DNA from: Epiperipatus broadwayi | Taxonomy: Eukaryota > Animalia > Onychophora | Length of the DNA stretch: 64,000 bases | NCBI GenBank assembly: GCA_028023455.1 | Contig: JAQFVV010000006.1 | Coordinates: 9,734,001 to 9,798,000, forward strand | Direction: 5' to 3' | In this document: positions 39,607-53,685 of the stretch, piece by piece | How the letters are laid out: the number at the start of each line of letters is the position of its first letter | Numbering within the stretch: the stretch's first letter is position 1 | Program-made: the position numbers and the translations under genes | Notes under the pieces: generated by a model | The model's database searches: none | Told to the model about the DNA's origin: nothing | Seen by the model: only the letters and a program-made list of their open reading frames with translations

Positions 39607-41564
39607 AAAAACTTTTTATTATCATTGCTATTGTAGATGTTGAAAGTAAATGGTAATCAATTCTCTAGCAAATTACAGTTTTATCAAATGTGTAATGCTG
39701 GTAATATAAATCTATTCATGAAGAAACCAACTCCCAAAACTTCCTAAAGAATTGTTTTAAATGAACACGCAAATAAGGTCATTTCTTACACCAATGCCAG
39801 TTTATTTTTCGGATGAAAATATAATATATTTTAACTTAACTCACAAATAAATTAGTATTGGTATGAGGAGATAGAGTTATTTACAAGTTTATTTGAAATA
39901 ATTCTTTGGGAATCTGGCTCATGAATTAACATCGTAATATTTCGGACTTGATTGTGCTGCGATAGATTTCTACTATTATTCTTTATATGTATATATTTTC
40001 CCTTTTTTATTAAAATCTGGAAAGCACTGCACAAAAAATTTACATTATATGTATTATTAAGTTATTTTGTATGCAGTATCATCACTTGATTTATGCAAAA
40101 TACGAAATTACTTCAAATTTAAACTGCCTGCGAATTTAAGCCGCAATAGGATTTTAAAATTGGAAAAAAATATAAAAATGATTTTATAGTAGGTATTAAT
40201 TCAATTGGATTAATTCATAAAAGTGTGAATAGGAACTCCGGAACAAACTGTTATCAATGATCATAATACTATGCACATTTGTAGAGCGTAAAGCAAAGAT
40301 CTGATCGTTAGGGAGTGGGAGATCAGTAGAAATAATATATTAAAATATTCGTTTTAAATTTAAGCCTACCCTAAATTTAGTTTTAAAATTTGAATAAAAA
40401 GCAGGTTTAAATTTGAAGTAATTTAAATATTATTTGTTTATATGCGATGTAAAAACATGTAATAGTTACTACCTTTTAATATAAAAAAAATATTGACAAT
40501 GAATATTGATAAAGTATCTATCTCGTTTATCAACTGTACTAATATTTAATTTATTTCTTTACTTTAAAAAGTGTACATTTATCTAAAAAAACTATAAATT
40601 GTAGAAGTATGTCACCGTTTCATCATTGATTTTAGTGATCATGCAAATAATTTTAGGCTGATCATTTATGTAACATTAAAAAAATAGCGGGTGTTTGTTT
40701 ACAAGTTCATTTAAATGATTTTTTGAGAATTTACTTTGGAATTGTCTTAGTAACATGTTTACGTTTGTTTGTTCCATTAATAGGTACATTACCATCAATC
40801 TCTAGGATTTTTAGTATGAGATTTTTCTGGACGTAAGTGAAGATACAGCAATAATTTAATAACAAATCTTTTATTGATTCTTGTATTCTTAAAGTATTCA
40901 TTTACTTGTGAAAATTTAATAAATATAAATATCTAGTTTTGTATTTTATTTATTGTTTTAGCATATGGATTTTATTAGCCAGCTTAACTATATAATCTTC
41001 TGAAACAATCTACAAAGATCAGAATATGAGCTCATTAGTGATTATTAAATCCTTCAATTCCACAAGGCATAGATTTGACAATCATTACCTATGTGGTTCA
41101 TTGTGTTTATCCATGACTACATGGGTCTAAAGATTGCTAAATTTTATTTATAAAGCAGATGACTGAAGTGATCATGGCAGAACCTGTATCTATTGATGAG
41201 ACTCAAATAATGTCTAGAAGATCAAATTCCCTAGCTTAATTGGATGTTTGATGTGTCTTTTAATTGACATCCAGAAACACAATCTTAATGTGAGGTGATT
41301 CTTAGGCAATGAAACTATGTTGAGTTAATGGCAATAAGATTTGTTACAGGAATGTGTGAAAGGATAGGAAGCCCTAAAAAGGAGTAGGCTTGAATGTGAC
41401 AATAACGTTTTTCAAAATAGCATCTAATCACATATTATATTGGTATATAATATATACTAACAGAGTATGCAAGTGCCAAGATAGCTGTCTATAAAATATT
41501 TGAATTGCAACCATTAGAGTTTTCAAATGTATCTTCAAGTTTTTATCAGTTCATTTGTCATTTC

Positions 41565-41810
41565 GATGTGACAATATGTTGGGCTATTTCCATCATCTAT
41601 TAGTAAATGTTGAATGATAGAAAATTTTAAACTTTATGTCAACTTTTCAAATGCAAACAACTTGTTAGTAATTACTAACCTGTGTTGTCTATTTGTGTAT
41701 TATTACTAACAAGTTGTTTGCATTTTCAAAGTTTAAATAAAGTTTAAATTTTTTTATACATTCAACATTTACTGATAAATGATGGAAATAGTCCAATATA
41801 TTGTCACATC
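41565..41810. mobile_element. Fold-back/MITE-like element
   Basis: gatgtgacaatat / atattgtcacatc ends and tgcaaacaacttgttagtaat / attactaacaagttgtttgca inner arms. Confidence 0.75.
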
Positions 41811-41964
41811 AAATATACCATCATCACATATCTTCAGGCAAATATTTGTCATTCCATCTCTGCTATACTGTAACCATATTCTATATGTTGAATTTATTTT
41901 TAATAGCAATATGAAAACATTTAAAATATACAAATATTTTTATATCAGTACAGCATGCATCTAA

Positions 41965-42080
41965 TGCAGGAATGGGCAATTGTTTTGGCTCAGAGACCAC
42001 AGAGGTTGGCAGAGGGCTGCATCGGGGGGCCACTTTGTGGAAGCAAAGGTTAGCAGAGGGCCCCACCTTTTTTCATGACC
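41965..42080. mobile_element. Possible hAT terminal fragment
   Basis: Starts CAGGAATGGGCAA (hAT TIR-like), followed by GC-rich gggcc subterminal motifs. Confidence 0.35.
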
Positions 42081-43328
42081 CAACAAACACACTGCTTTAT
42101 TCCCTGTATTAGCAAAGAAATATTTGTTTCTTCATTCTTCATTAAACACAACATTCATCGCCGATTTTACATTTTTTCGGAGGGTTCATGGCGTGACTGA
42201 AGTTTTGCTAATGCAAAGACAAAATTGAAATTAACCAGATCAACTGGAAAAGCACTGCACATCGTATCCACACTGTGTATGTGTATTGATGTGGCCACCC
42301 TAGTGGAAAATATGAGACGAATCTTCGGTTGCGCATGGGAAGGAAATCTTAGTTCAAGGTGGATTTTTTTGATTGTCTTGGCGGGCCATGTAAAAACTCT
42401 TAGTGGGCTGCATGTGGGACTTGGGTTTGAATCCAGGATTGGCCAATACAGTTTTTTTCTAGCAGGATTAAGTTTTATAGATAGTTGGTCCATAGACTAT
42501 TCATCTAACTGTGCAATACTGTTTGGTAATAAAACAAAGATTGAACACTACTTAAACTCTCACTAACCAGAAATTGGCAAACAAACATTTTGATTTACAA
42601 GTTTCAAACTTACCCAGGCCTCAACTTTGATACCATTCACTCTACATAAATATGGTAATAATTATCACTACTCATTTATTAAACCAGTTTGGTGTAGTAT
42701 GTAATGTCTTTGAGATTGGGACATCCCAGGATCAATTCTGATCCTCACAAGTCTGGTGTTCAAATTTCTTATGAACTCATGAGCAATAAAGCTATATGCA
42801 TTTTTTATTAAGCAGTAATAGTTATGCAATTATTATTTTTAATATCTTATTAAACATTTTGGGTTGTAGTCACCTGTTTTTCTTCTTCCATTTTCTGTAT
42901 TAATATAGACCCCCTCCCTCTATGTCCATAATAATCTTAAGACGTAACATTAAATATTAATCTTTTTTAAAGATCAACTACACTAAAACTTTTTTTTTTT
43001 TTAAAAAAAAGATAGCATTAAAATTTTATTTTAAAAAGAACAGCAGTAATTGTTTGATTAAAATTAAAAAAAATAAAGCAGACCATTAATTTATTAATTT
43101 ATAAGTACATGTTACTTTTCTTTATTTTGAAATATACCTATGTACCAACTTATTTATTATACTCTCATTTTTTTTGGTACTTGCGAGTTTTTCTGTAAAC
43201 CAAGATGGCTGACCATATTTTTGATAAATCTACATACAGTTTCAGAGACCAAAAATATTTACAAAAAAACCTGCTAGATGACATCATATTTAATATTCAC
43301 ATTTTAATTTTTTATTCCTATTGTTATT

Positions 43329-43660
43329 TAAACCACTAAACATCATATGATCACCATTTTGTATGCTTGCTCATAACTGTTGTTAAAACAGGCAAAACTC
43401 TTCATACAATAGTGCCACTCAGTGCAACTCAGTAATCAATGGATGCCAGAAGGCTTGTGCATAAAATCCCTATCTAGTGCCTACTCATCCAATATCCCTA
43501 GATTAGTTTATAGCACTACTGTATGGAGAATTTGCCTGTTTTAAAAACAGTTATGAGCAAGCATAAGAAATGGTGATCATGTGATGTTTAATGGTTTAAT
43601 ACCATTCCTGCCTAATAGGATAGTGGTGGCTATAATTATTAAAGAACCAAAGACACCAAA
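43329..43660. mobile_element. Hammerhead-family fold-back with both ribozyme cores deleted
   Basis: The long left arm runs down to ccaatatccctagattagttt and joins directly to the right tail gcactactgtatggag...gatgtttaatggttt. Confidence 0.82.
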
Positions 43661-43767
43661 ATGTATGAGTATTAACTGTGTTCAGACCTATATGATTATA
43701 TAAGCCACTGAGCTTGGATTGAAAATATTATTGTGTTTTCAATTTTAATCTCATAGTTTTGTAGTTA

Positions 43768-44012
43768 AGTAGAGATAAAAGATGGCTACTAGAGAGTTGC
43801 ATTAGGGTTGCATTAGATCCTAAGATCTAGATGCAGTGCTCTCAGATCCAAGACTCCTCACTGATGAAAGCCACAAGCTAGAAACTAATCTGGGGATATT
43901 GGACGAGTAGGCACTAGATAGAGATTTAATGCACAAGACTTCTGGAATCCATTGACTGCTCTGGCTTGCACTGAGTGGCACTACTGTATGGGGAGTTTTG
44001 CCTGTTTTAACT
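43768..44012 (+). mobile_element. Non-inverted (monomeric) hammerhead-family copy with upstream leader
   Basis: The leader gagataaaagatggct..ggttgcattagatcctaagatctag precedes the HHR at 43856-43895 (triplet ATC). Confidence 0.85.
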
Positions 44013-44667
44013 TCTGTTATTTTTTAAAAAAGATGTCACTGTGGAGAAATTAATTACAATATTTTCATTTTGTATGTGTGTGTGTATTCACTTATTAACA
44101 GAAAATGGATAAAAAAATATAAATACAATATTTACACTTTATTCAAGTGGTTAACTTACAAATGTGAGTGCTACCAGAAATGGAATTGCAGAGTCCTCAA
44201 ACCATGATCCTTTATGAAGAGATATTCTGCTTAAACAAGAATTCATCTTGCATCACCATTGTAAGTGTGTGCATGTAAAGTTTTATATCATGACCATTAA
44301 CACATACTTTTCCAGAAGGTAAGATCCTGTACCTTTGGAAATATTCCATTGCATCACATTCTATGACAGGAAGGTTCCAAATTTTGATCGTGATGACAAT
44401 TTACCAAAAAAACTGGTGATAAAAAAAGCATCCTTAATTGATCCAAAGCATGACAATGTTAATAGTGTCTCATTGAAATAAAGATTTTTAATGAAATTTT
44501 TCAGAAATTTATTACTTTTTTTTAAAGTTTAACAATCTATTTTTTTTTTATATAACAACTAATACATTTTTAGGAGATTGTAGGTCCTCAAAACTATATT
44601 TTTCCCAAAAATTGGTCTGCTATCTTGGTTTACAGCAAAATTCACAAGTACCTCTTTTTTTTAAGTG

Positions 44668-44948
44668 GAGATAAAAGGTGGCTGCTGGAGGGTTGCATTA
44701 GATCCTAAGATCTAGGTGCAGTGCTGTCAGATCCAAGGCTCCTCACTGACGGAGGCCAAAAGTCAGAAACTAGTCTGGGGATATTGGATGAGTAGGCATT
44801 AGATGGGGATTTTATGCACAAGCCTTCTGGCATCCATTGATTACTCTAGCTTGCTGTGTGTGGCAATACGTATAGTGAGTTTTGCCTGTTTTAACGACAG
44901 TTATACACAACCATAAGAACTGGTGGTCATGTGATGTTTATTGGGTTA
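44668..44948 (+). mobile_element. Non-inverted hammerhead-family copy with the same leader
   Basis: The HHR at 44741-44780 has core CTGACGG (A9G), followed by the full tail to gatgtttattgg. Confidence 0.85.
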
Positions 44949-45848
44949 AAAAAATATTATTTAAGCAAATTACATTCTTAACACATTATGATGTTATATC
45001 TTATAATATTTCTCATTTAAGAACACTCTGTTAGTTTATTGTGTGTGGTTTATTGTATATGAGTGCTGTTTTAGCATGAAATATGTACATTGGTGATTAT
45101 TTGTCTTTTCTGCATGTGTGTGGTCATGTGTATCAGTAGTATGAGGTAGTGTGGATAGTGAAGAGGCTTGAAACTCTATGTTCAAATCCCTTATATTTAT
45201 ATATAAAATAGCCAAATTTGGCCAACTCGGGGTATATTTACATGTTCTTTTGTTAACTATGAGAAATATCATATTTGATGAAAGGTTTATGATGATATCA
45301 TTGTGGTATTAATTATGTATTGGACTTTTACCATCAGCTATTGTTAAATATCTAATGTCTTTAGAAATGTAAATATATTTGGAAAGTTAAATAAAGTTTA
45401 AAATTTATCTAAAGACATTCAACATTTTATTTTAAATGATGGAAATAGTATAACATAGAATTAATAATAATGAATACCATATTTAAATTAGGTGTATTTT
45501 ACATTTTAAATTATAATAAGTAAAATGTTAATATAGGTGGTATTTAAGGCTAATCTTTATGGTTTATTATGCTAGAGTTTAGCACAGATGATATTGAGTT
45601 TCCTTTTAAAACTGGTTCTGTGGTCTGTACTCCCATAATTTATATAATATCATTTATAACACTTTCTATAGTCATTTTGAACAATGCATTAATTGTATAT
45701 TTTTTGCCATTATTTTTTAATAGTTTTGACCTGCCAGAAGTCCTCATTAGAACATAATTACATTTCAAATTTGAAAGATAATGAAGTTTCAATGAAGATT
45801 GCAGGCTAGGTGGAAAATATTGACAAGAAATAAAAAAATAATGTATTA

Positions 45849-46255
45849 TAAGAAATAACTGTAAAAAGTATATTAAATGGTTATATATATATATATAGTT
45901 AAAAGGAAGTTGCCTTGACAACAGTTTGAAATTATTGATTGTTATCTATATTATGATTGTCTAAGTGTTGACTGGGTTATTATAAGAAATAACTGTAAAA
46001 AGTGCATTAAATGGTTATATATATATATATATTGTTAAAAGGAGGTTGCCTTGACAACAGTTTGAAATTATTGATTGTTATTTATATTAGGATTGTCTAA
46101 GTGTGGACTGGTTTATTATAAGAAATAACAGTAAAAAGTGTATTAAATGGTTATATATATATATATTGTTAAAAGGAGGTTGCCTGACAACAGTTTAAAA
46201 TTATTGATTGTTATCTATATTAGGATTGCCTAAGTGTTGACTGTTTTCTAATAGT
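45849..46255. repeat. Three tandem ~135-bp units of the 12918-13357 family arm
   Basis: taagaaataac occurs at 45849, 45983 and 46119; each unit contains gttgcc(t)tgacaacagttt. Confidence 0.88.
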
Positions 46256-47663
46256 TATATATATGTATACACACCCAATCAATGAATAGAGAATTAAAAA
46301 GTGAAGAGAAATTGTACTTTCATGATTTACAATTCAGAGTTTGGCTATCCTGTATAGATAAAAGATGTAACAGCTTTTTTAAAAAATAAATAGCTACAAT
46401 GGGGCAAAAACTTTTCCAAAAACTTCTCAAAGTGAAACTGTGGAGAATAGTGCATTCATCAGTTGTATTTATATATTGGGCTATTTCAATTATCTAATAT
46501 TAAGTATTAAATGTTTTTTTTTTTAAAATTAAACTCTATTTAAATTTTCAAATTATATTCAACTGCTAGTAATAGCAGAAAGGTCAACATTCTGAGATGT
46601 ATTGTTTTTCACTTTTCTTCGGGTGTTGCTGGCATGACCAGTGACAATGCTAGCATGGGAATGGAACCTGGACCCTTAGATTTTTGAATAATGAATTTTA
46701 AGGTAACACTCTAACCAACTGAGCCATCCTGCTAAAGGCAGGATGGAAATAGTCCAATATATAAACACAACTAAAATACCATCATCATAAATCTTCAGGA
46801 AAACACTGGTATTCATCAGGTTTACAAATTTCTGGATGGTGATAGTTTGAATATCTTTTTCACCATTTTAATCACCAATATACTAAATACCCATTTACCA
46901 ATCAATATGGGATGATTAACTGTATTAGATATGCATTAGTAATCGGAGAGAAAATTTTTAAGTTTTTTTGAAAAAAAAAATATTTGGCTACTATTTAGAA
47001 CATCTTATAGCTTTGTAAATAAATATAATTTCTCTTTAGTCTTAATTCTTTACACATTGATTATATATCCCTATGTAATATTATTTAATACACTTTCTAT
47101 AGTCGCATTGCATTGTGGTACATTTTCATTTCTTGTCAATATTTTCTAATAGTTTCTTCTGATTAGCAGTCTTCAACAGAACTATAATATTCAAATATAT
47201 ATAAGCACATAATTAGTTCATTTTAATACTTATTCCTATATATATATAAGTACTAAAATATACTAATTGTATGAGTATATGTTATAATGTAATAATTATA
47301 TGACCTTATATATTTGAATGTTATAGGTTGGTCAGCCAGTCAAAATTGTTAGAAAATATTGGCAAAAAATAAAAATTCACACATTGCAAAAAAGTGACTA
47401 TAAACAATGTATTAAATGGTATTATATATATTTTGGTAAACAGTAAATTAATAGAGGGAATCTAACAATGAATTCATTCACAATAATTAAATAAAATGGT
47501 ATTTATACTAAGGTAATGAGGTCTGGCTGTCAGAAAAACTTAATCATATTTTTTCTGTGTGGTAGAATCATCAAAACTGGACGAATAATTTTAATTTAAT
47601 TTTTGCAGTTAGTGCTTTTAAAATGTACTTGGGCTCTTTAACATCTAATCATTATTAGCAAAA

Positions 47664-48450
47664 ATCATCATCATCATCATCATCATCAACCATTATCAAT
47701 CCACTGCAGGATGAAGGTTTCCAAGTTCAATCCATCTTCTCTGATCTTTAGCTTCTCTTCTCCACATCACCCCTGCACACTTTCTTATTTCATCTATCCA
47801 TCTCACATGTGGTCTCTTTCTGGGTCTTTTACGATTTCTTGGAATCCAGTTTAAGATTTCAATTGTCCATCTATTAACATCTCTTCTAGCATTATGTTCA
47901 GCCCAACTCCACTTCAGTCTTTTAATTTTTTCAATGAGATCAGTAACACCTGTTTGTTTTCTTACCCATATATTGCATTTTCAATCTCTTCTTGTTACTC
48001 CCAACATGCATCTCTCCATACTTCTTTGAATGGTCTGAAGTCTCTGTATTGTTCTTCTATTAAATGTCCAAGTCTCAGATCCATAAGTAAGAACTGGTGA
48101 AACACATTTATTAAAAACCTTTTTCAAATACATAGGCATATTTCCTTTTAGTATCAAGTTATTTCTACCAAAAGCACTCCAACCAAGTTTAATTCTATGA
48201 TTAATTTCATCCATTATGTTTCCATCTGTATTAATAATCTGTCCAAGGTATTTGTAACAGTTAACTTCTTCTAACTCATCATAATCAATCTTTATTTTCA
48301 TATTTTGAGAAAATCCATTAAACATTACTTTAGTCTTTTTAACATTTATCTTTAGTCCTGCTTTTTTACTTTCATCTGATAACTCCTGCAACATTTCCTG
48401 CAGCTCTGAAGCATTATTTGCAAAAACAACTACATCATCTGCAAAATCTA
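47664..48450 (-). mobile_element. RTE-clade LINE 3' half
   Basis: ORF 47981..48457 contains DFADDVVVF, YKYLGQII and PVLTYGSETWT, with a (ATC)n tail on the + strand at 47664. Confidence 0.92.
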
Positions 48451-48489
48451 TTAGCAAAATACATATTTATTAATTGGATTTTGTCAAAA

Positions 48490-49115
48490 TAAGAAAATAA
48501 AGATTGATAATGTTAAATTAGAGGAAGTTAGCAACTACAAATAACTTATTTAAATTATTAATACAGATGAAAACGTAATGGATGAAATTAATCATAGAAT
48601 TAAACTTGGTTGGAGTGCTTTTAGTAGAAATAACTTAATATTAAAAGAAAATATACCTATGTGTTTGAAAAGGAAAGTTTTTAATGTGTTTTATCAGTTC
48701 TTAGTTATGGATGTGAAATATGGGCACTTAATAGGAGAACAATACAGAGTCTTCATACCTTTCAATAAAATATGCAGAGTGTATGTTAGATGTAATAAGA
48801 AGGGATTGAAGCTTAATTGCATGGGTGATAGAACAAACGGGTATTACTGACATCACTGAAACAGACGGATGTGGAACTGGGCTGGACGTATAATTAGAGG
48901 AGATGATAGTAATTGGGAAGTTAAAATCTTAAATCAAATTCCAAGAGATTATAGAACACGTAGAAAGAGACCACACGAGAGATGGATGGATAAAATAAGG
49001 AAGCTTGCTGATGTGAAGTGGGAAAAGAAGGCTAGAGCTCGGAGAAACTGGATTAAACATGAAAATACCTTCATCCTGCAGTGGATCGATAACTGTTGAA
49101 AATGATGACGATGAT
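48490..49115 (+). mobile_element. RTE-clade LINE 3' fragment, head-to-head with the previous copy
   Basis: Contains MDEINHRIKLGWSAF, WNWAGRI and RKRPHERWMD, with a (GAT)n tail. Confidence 0.9.
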
Positions 49116-50015
49116 TATTGGTTGGTTAAGTAGGTCGCTATGATATAATATTCTTAAAGATAAATGCTAATTAGATTGTTTACAGTCTGAAAAAAAAATC
49201 AATGTTCTCTACGTAGTATATTCAAACCCTAGCACAAGATATCTAGACGCATAATGCCCGTCGAATTAATTCGGCTGAAAAATGTACAATTAATTTTTGT
49301 ATTTCGTTTTTTAGTCTCATATTTATAGTTTTAAATGATATGCTATGTTTTAATAATATATATTACGCAAGGATTTTCACCCCACGCACTCAACCACTTT
49401 GTAATCCGTAAAAAATCTCGTAATAAAGTTTTGAAATATCAACTTTTTTTTAAAGTTCTGTTCTGTATTATAAAAAAGCAAATTATAGGGTCATTCCAAT
49501 TTTTTTATTTTTCTTTTCTCGAAAATTATTTTGTAATACAGCCCACTTTAAAATACTTTTTAATAAAATAAATTAAAGCAGATGAAAAATGATAGGGGAA
49601 TTTATTGTGAAATAAAATACTACTGTTGAAAGTAGATAGTCCAGTTTACTGCCTGGGGTTTAAATGCGACCACCTTTATGTTACAACTTACTCATCCTTT
49701 CTGCACAATATAATTTTTTAAAAAAATTTATTAAATAAACGTGAAGGCATTTAGTTGTAAGATTGGATAGAAGTATGTAGTTCGTGATCCTTGATAAACG
49801 TAAAGATCTCTGTTATCTTTATCATACTGAGGCATTTGATTTTTACCATTTATTCTTTTTTTAAAAAAGCTCTGACCTATATTTTACGATGTGGCTAAAA
49901 TGTTTGTAAATTTGTATTACCTCAAGCAGTACTTAGTGCGTCCAAATATCCATTAAAGTTGCATTGAAAATGTATTTCTTGTTTCTTAATGAAAGCAAAC
50001 AGGTCTTGGGGGCAT

Positions 50016-50054
50016 GTATTGGAAGGTGTGGCGGCGCGCACACCTTCCGTATAC
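50016..50054. other. GC-rich stem-loop in a CpG-retaining segment
   Basis: Reads GGAAGGTGTG-gcggcgcg-CACACCTTCC (10-bp perfect stem), extendable by gtat/atac. Confidence 0.5.
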
Positions 50055-50419
50055 GTGAAACTATTGGTTGTTTCTTAATAGAAGCAGAGTCGAAATTTAC
50101 TGGATCAAATGGAGGGCAGGTTTGCAGAGAATATACGCTTACTGGCCGAAGTGTTTGTGTGTGTGTGTGTATGAAGTTTTTGCCTGGAGGCAAATGGAAA
50201 AAAATAGACAACAGAAAACAACGACAGGCCGTTAATCATCATCTGAGCTAATTTGCCACAGTTTACCACCCACTTAATAAACTGTAATATTAAGATGCAC
50301 CGAAGTCCAAAAATAAAATTGTTGGTTAAGGAAAGCAAAGATGCATTTTAGATCATTAATTTGAATGTGTGTGTGTGTAGAAAGAGTGCGCTTTTGCTAG
50401 CTAGCCTGATTTTTGAAAT

Positions 50420-50745
50420 TCAGACAGTGCTTGCCACTTTCAAGTGATTATACTTGTTCATCGGTGCTAACTTGCACTCTCAAGTCATTATATTTAATCA
50501 TCATCAATGCTAGTTTGTGCATGTTATCGTCAAGTGATAATGCTTGATCATCATCAGTAATAGTTTGCCACTGCTGGCCATCCTTGATAACATGATCATC
50601 ATCAAAGTTAGTTACCATTGTTTGCCAAACTCAAGTGACAATGTGATCATTATCAATGCTAGTTTCCCACTAATACATGATCATCATCAATGCTGGTTGA
50701 CATTCTTAAATGATAATATTTAATCATCATCAATACTAGTTCGTT
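50420..50745. repeat. Degenerate minisatellite with core gatcatcatcaatgctagtt
   Basis: The core recurs about 6-7 times at irregular 30-60 bp spacing. Confidence 0.65.
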
Positions 50746-51719
50746 ACCCTCTTAATTAGCATCATAATTTTAGAACTGCATTATAAATTGTAATAAGCCC
50801 ATATGGGGGTCCTAAAGTAAAATATGCATTTTTGTTTATCATTATTAATTCTATTGAAATTTTTTCTAAACATTCTCTAAATTTAAATAGAGGGATTCAA
50901 ATCCAGGATTTTCAGTAAATAGTCATCCTCCACTCCATCTCATACAACCGATATACGATATACATGAAAAAGATAAATGACCCCATTATATGTATTTTGT
51001 GGTGAACTAGCAGTCTTCAGTTGGGACAGCTCATAATCTCCACGCATTTGGCCTATGTTAAGATAGTAATTTCTTAAACTTTAATGGACAGGTCCTCAAT
51101 CTTCTTACCCTTCCAACAATTCAACGTCCATTTTATTGAAAAACCAAAGATGGAATGCTTAAGGTACTTGGTGGATTATGTCACTCTAACCTCTCATATT
51201 ATCGGACCATTGTGTATTGATTTATATTAATACAAGAGAAATGGGCCAGTCTTGTAACCTATTTCCAAACTAATATGTAATTAACCTATTCAATCAGCAT
51301 ACTGAATGTTTACTATAATTAAATACAGGGATTTGAATCTAAGATTTTCAGTCTTATATTCATCCTCCATTCCATCTTATACAATCGATACATATATTAT
51401 TTGTTTTTGCTCCTGGATGTCACATGTATACTGGCCATGAATTCATTAAAAAAATTTTTTTTTTTTTTTAAAAAAAAAGAAAATTTGCTTGGGGGGTAAA
51501 AATGGAAAAAAAAACTCTGTAGTCAGTGGCAAACTCTGAGTTCAAAGTTCATGGTTCCTGACTCCCCACTGAACAATAAATAAAGCTAACAAAAATTAAA
51601 AATTGTAGCTGTTTTGCATTTTTTGTATAAAGTAAAATGGCTTTTAAATAGTCCAGGGGACAGCAAAGGACTTTCCAACAGACCTTCATGAAGATCATCA
51701 ATTGCCAAGACATTGATTC

Positions 51720-52345
51720 ACTTTCCACCAGTATTTTACTACCTAACTAAAAATAGCTAGATACCCATTTATTGACCAGTACTTAGTTGGCTATGGTCTG
51801 TCTATCAAAAAAAAAAAAATCTAAGCTTATGATTCATTTTCCATCAGTACTTTACTACCTAAGTAAAAATAGCTAAATACCCATTTACTGACCAGTACTG
51901 AGTTGGCTATGGTCTGTCTATCTAAAAGAAAAATCTAAGCTTGTTAAAAACATTTTTCAAGTTTACTCAGCCTGGATTCGAATGCAAATCATAACCATCA
52001 AATGTAACTGTATGTAAGTATTTTTAAAGGTATAATAACAAAGTGATCTAAACAAACAGTCTTTGAATAATCCATTATAGTACAAAAGTTTATTAAACAG
52101 CCCTAATAGAAAAAAATAAAGAAGAATGCAGTCTCATAGATTGGCCAGGTGTGAAGAGTTTATCAGTTTTCCATAATTTAATCCTCTCGCTAAAAATAGC
52201 TAAATACCCATTTACTGACCATTATTAGATATTTAATTGGGCTTACTATGGATTGTCTAGTTGAAAAAATCTAAGCTCGTCGAAAAACTTTTCAAGTTTA
52301 CAGATCTGGATTCAAATCCAAGTCATAGACATTACAGGCACATGT
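51720..52345. repeat. Locally duplicated dispersed repeat (aaatagctaaatacccatttactgacc family)
   Basis: Copies at ~51750, 51865 and 52195, with related copies at ~5435, 46885, 56585 and 57040. Confidence 0.7.
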
Positions 52346-53685
52346 ATCAAAAAGTCTTTACTTGAGGCAATATTTTTTAAAGAAGCATCTAAAAGAAAGA
52401 ATTTTAAAAAAAAAAGATACAAAGACAAAATACAATTTTTTTCTTTTGTTTTATTCATCTCAAAATATTCTATTTAGTCCAGTGGATCGAGTTCAAACTT
52501 GAGAGGTAAAGGATAATGATTATATAAATTATAATATTGGCTAAGTAAATGGAAGTATGCGATGCACATATAGCCCATCTATCTTATCTGTTCATGATCT
52601 GGAGTTTCGGTCCAGCTGAGTGAAATTCTTTTCAAACTACTTAGGATTTTTTCCTCAGGTATCTGGCCTATAACCAAATAGGTAACTATTCGACATGGAT
52701 TAGCAAATAGCTATCTAATTATTCTTAGATGGAGATTAAAACAAGGATCGAAGAACCACCAAAACCTTTACCAGCTAGTAATTGGCAAATTTGGTAAATA
52801 ATTCTTTCACCGTTTCTCTAGGAGAGAGTATTGGAGAGAGCTTTTTTCTACAGTAGACTATTTATATGTTAGTGCTGTGGCGGTATTCGACTTGGAAACT
52901 AACAATTAAGGTTTTTGAATCAAATGCCAGGTAAATAATTAGAAAAATCTTAATTTGGCGTATAAGTTGAAACTGGTGTTTTTAAACAGTCATATGTTTG
53001 ACTGCCATCAGGCTTTCTAAAGAGCTAATCATGAAATTAAGTAAATAGCAGTTTAAACCTAGCGGCACAGTTAAAAACTAAATGGTAAGAATTTGGGGTT
53101 GATTTAGTGTCGTACAAACTTGCCATTATTGTTCGAAAGTCACATTAACGGCTAATCGCAGATTATATAATAGTATTACTTTGGCAATAAAAATTTAAAG
53201 TAATCTAATAATTTTGCTACTCGAGAGTTCACGAGAAAATCGAGCGCCAGAGGCGCCACTACAGGAATCAATTCGAATACCTTACATTCCAATATCTGAT
53301 ACTCTACCAATTGCACTAAACCATATAGGGGATTTTGGAAATAATTTGACGAATCTATCATTATTAGATTAACGTAAAACAAATCTGGAGACTTCAGTCT
53401 GCAGCTATTACGTGTACGCATTTACATCTGTTAGAAATTTGTAGTTTTACAACCAGACGTCAATGAGAGCGAGACAGGCGTGTGTATAAAACATGCAGAC
53501 AGTTAATGCTTCATTAAGCAAAAATTATTATAATAAATTATTGTTTACCAGTGCAATTCGTTTTTACATATATTTGATTACTAAACGCGTACACATACAC
53601 AAATAAATGTATTGAAATGCAATTGCGGTATGAAATAAAGTAAGGGGCATTTTTTATGCGAAATGTTAATTATTGGGTATATATG

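Noticed and set aside
41160-41240. Possible terminal exon MTEVIMAEPVSIDETQIMSRRSNSLA*
   Set aside because: The acceptor is plausible, but there is no homology and no partner exon.
42167-42566. Overlapping 108-aa and 113-aa ORFs
   Set aside because: They are partly built from a dispersed repeat, with no recognisable domain or consistent splice signals.
49933-50338. Three overlapping short ORFs
   Set aside because: They are expected from locally higher GC, include a (GT)n run and show no recognisable motif.
53220-53372. SIRIPYIP peptide suggesting another Penelope fragment
   Set aside because: It is a single short motif, and no RT or GIY-YIG motifs were found in the flanks.
53485-53515. TATA box plus Inr-like TCATT
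   Set aside because: The spacing is slightly short and such motifs are common in AT-rich DNA; no downstream gene is evident.
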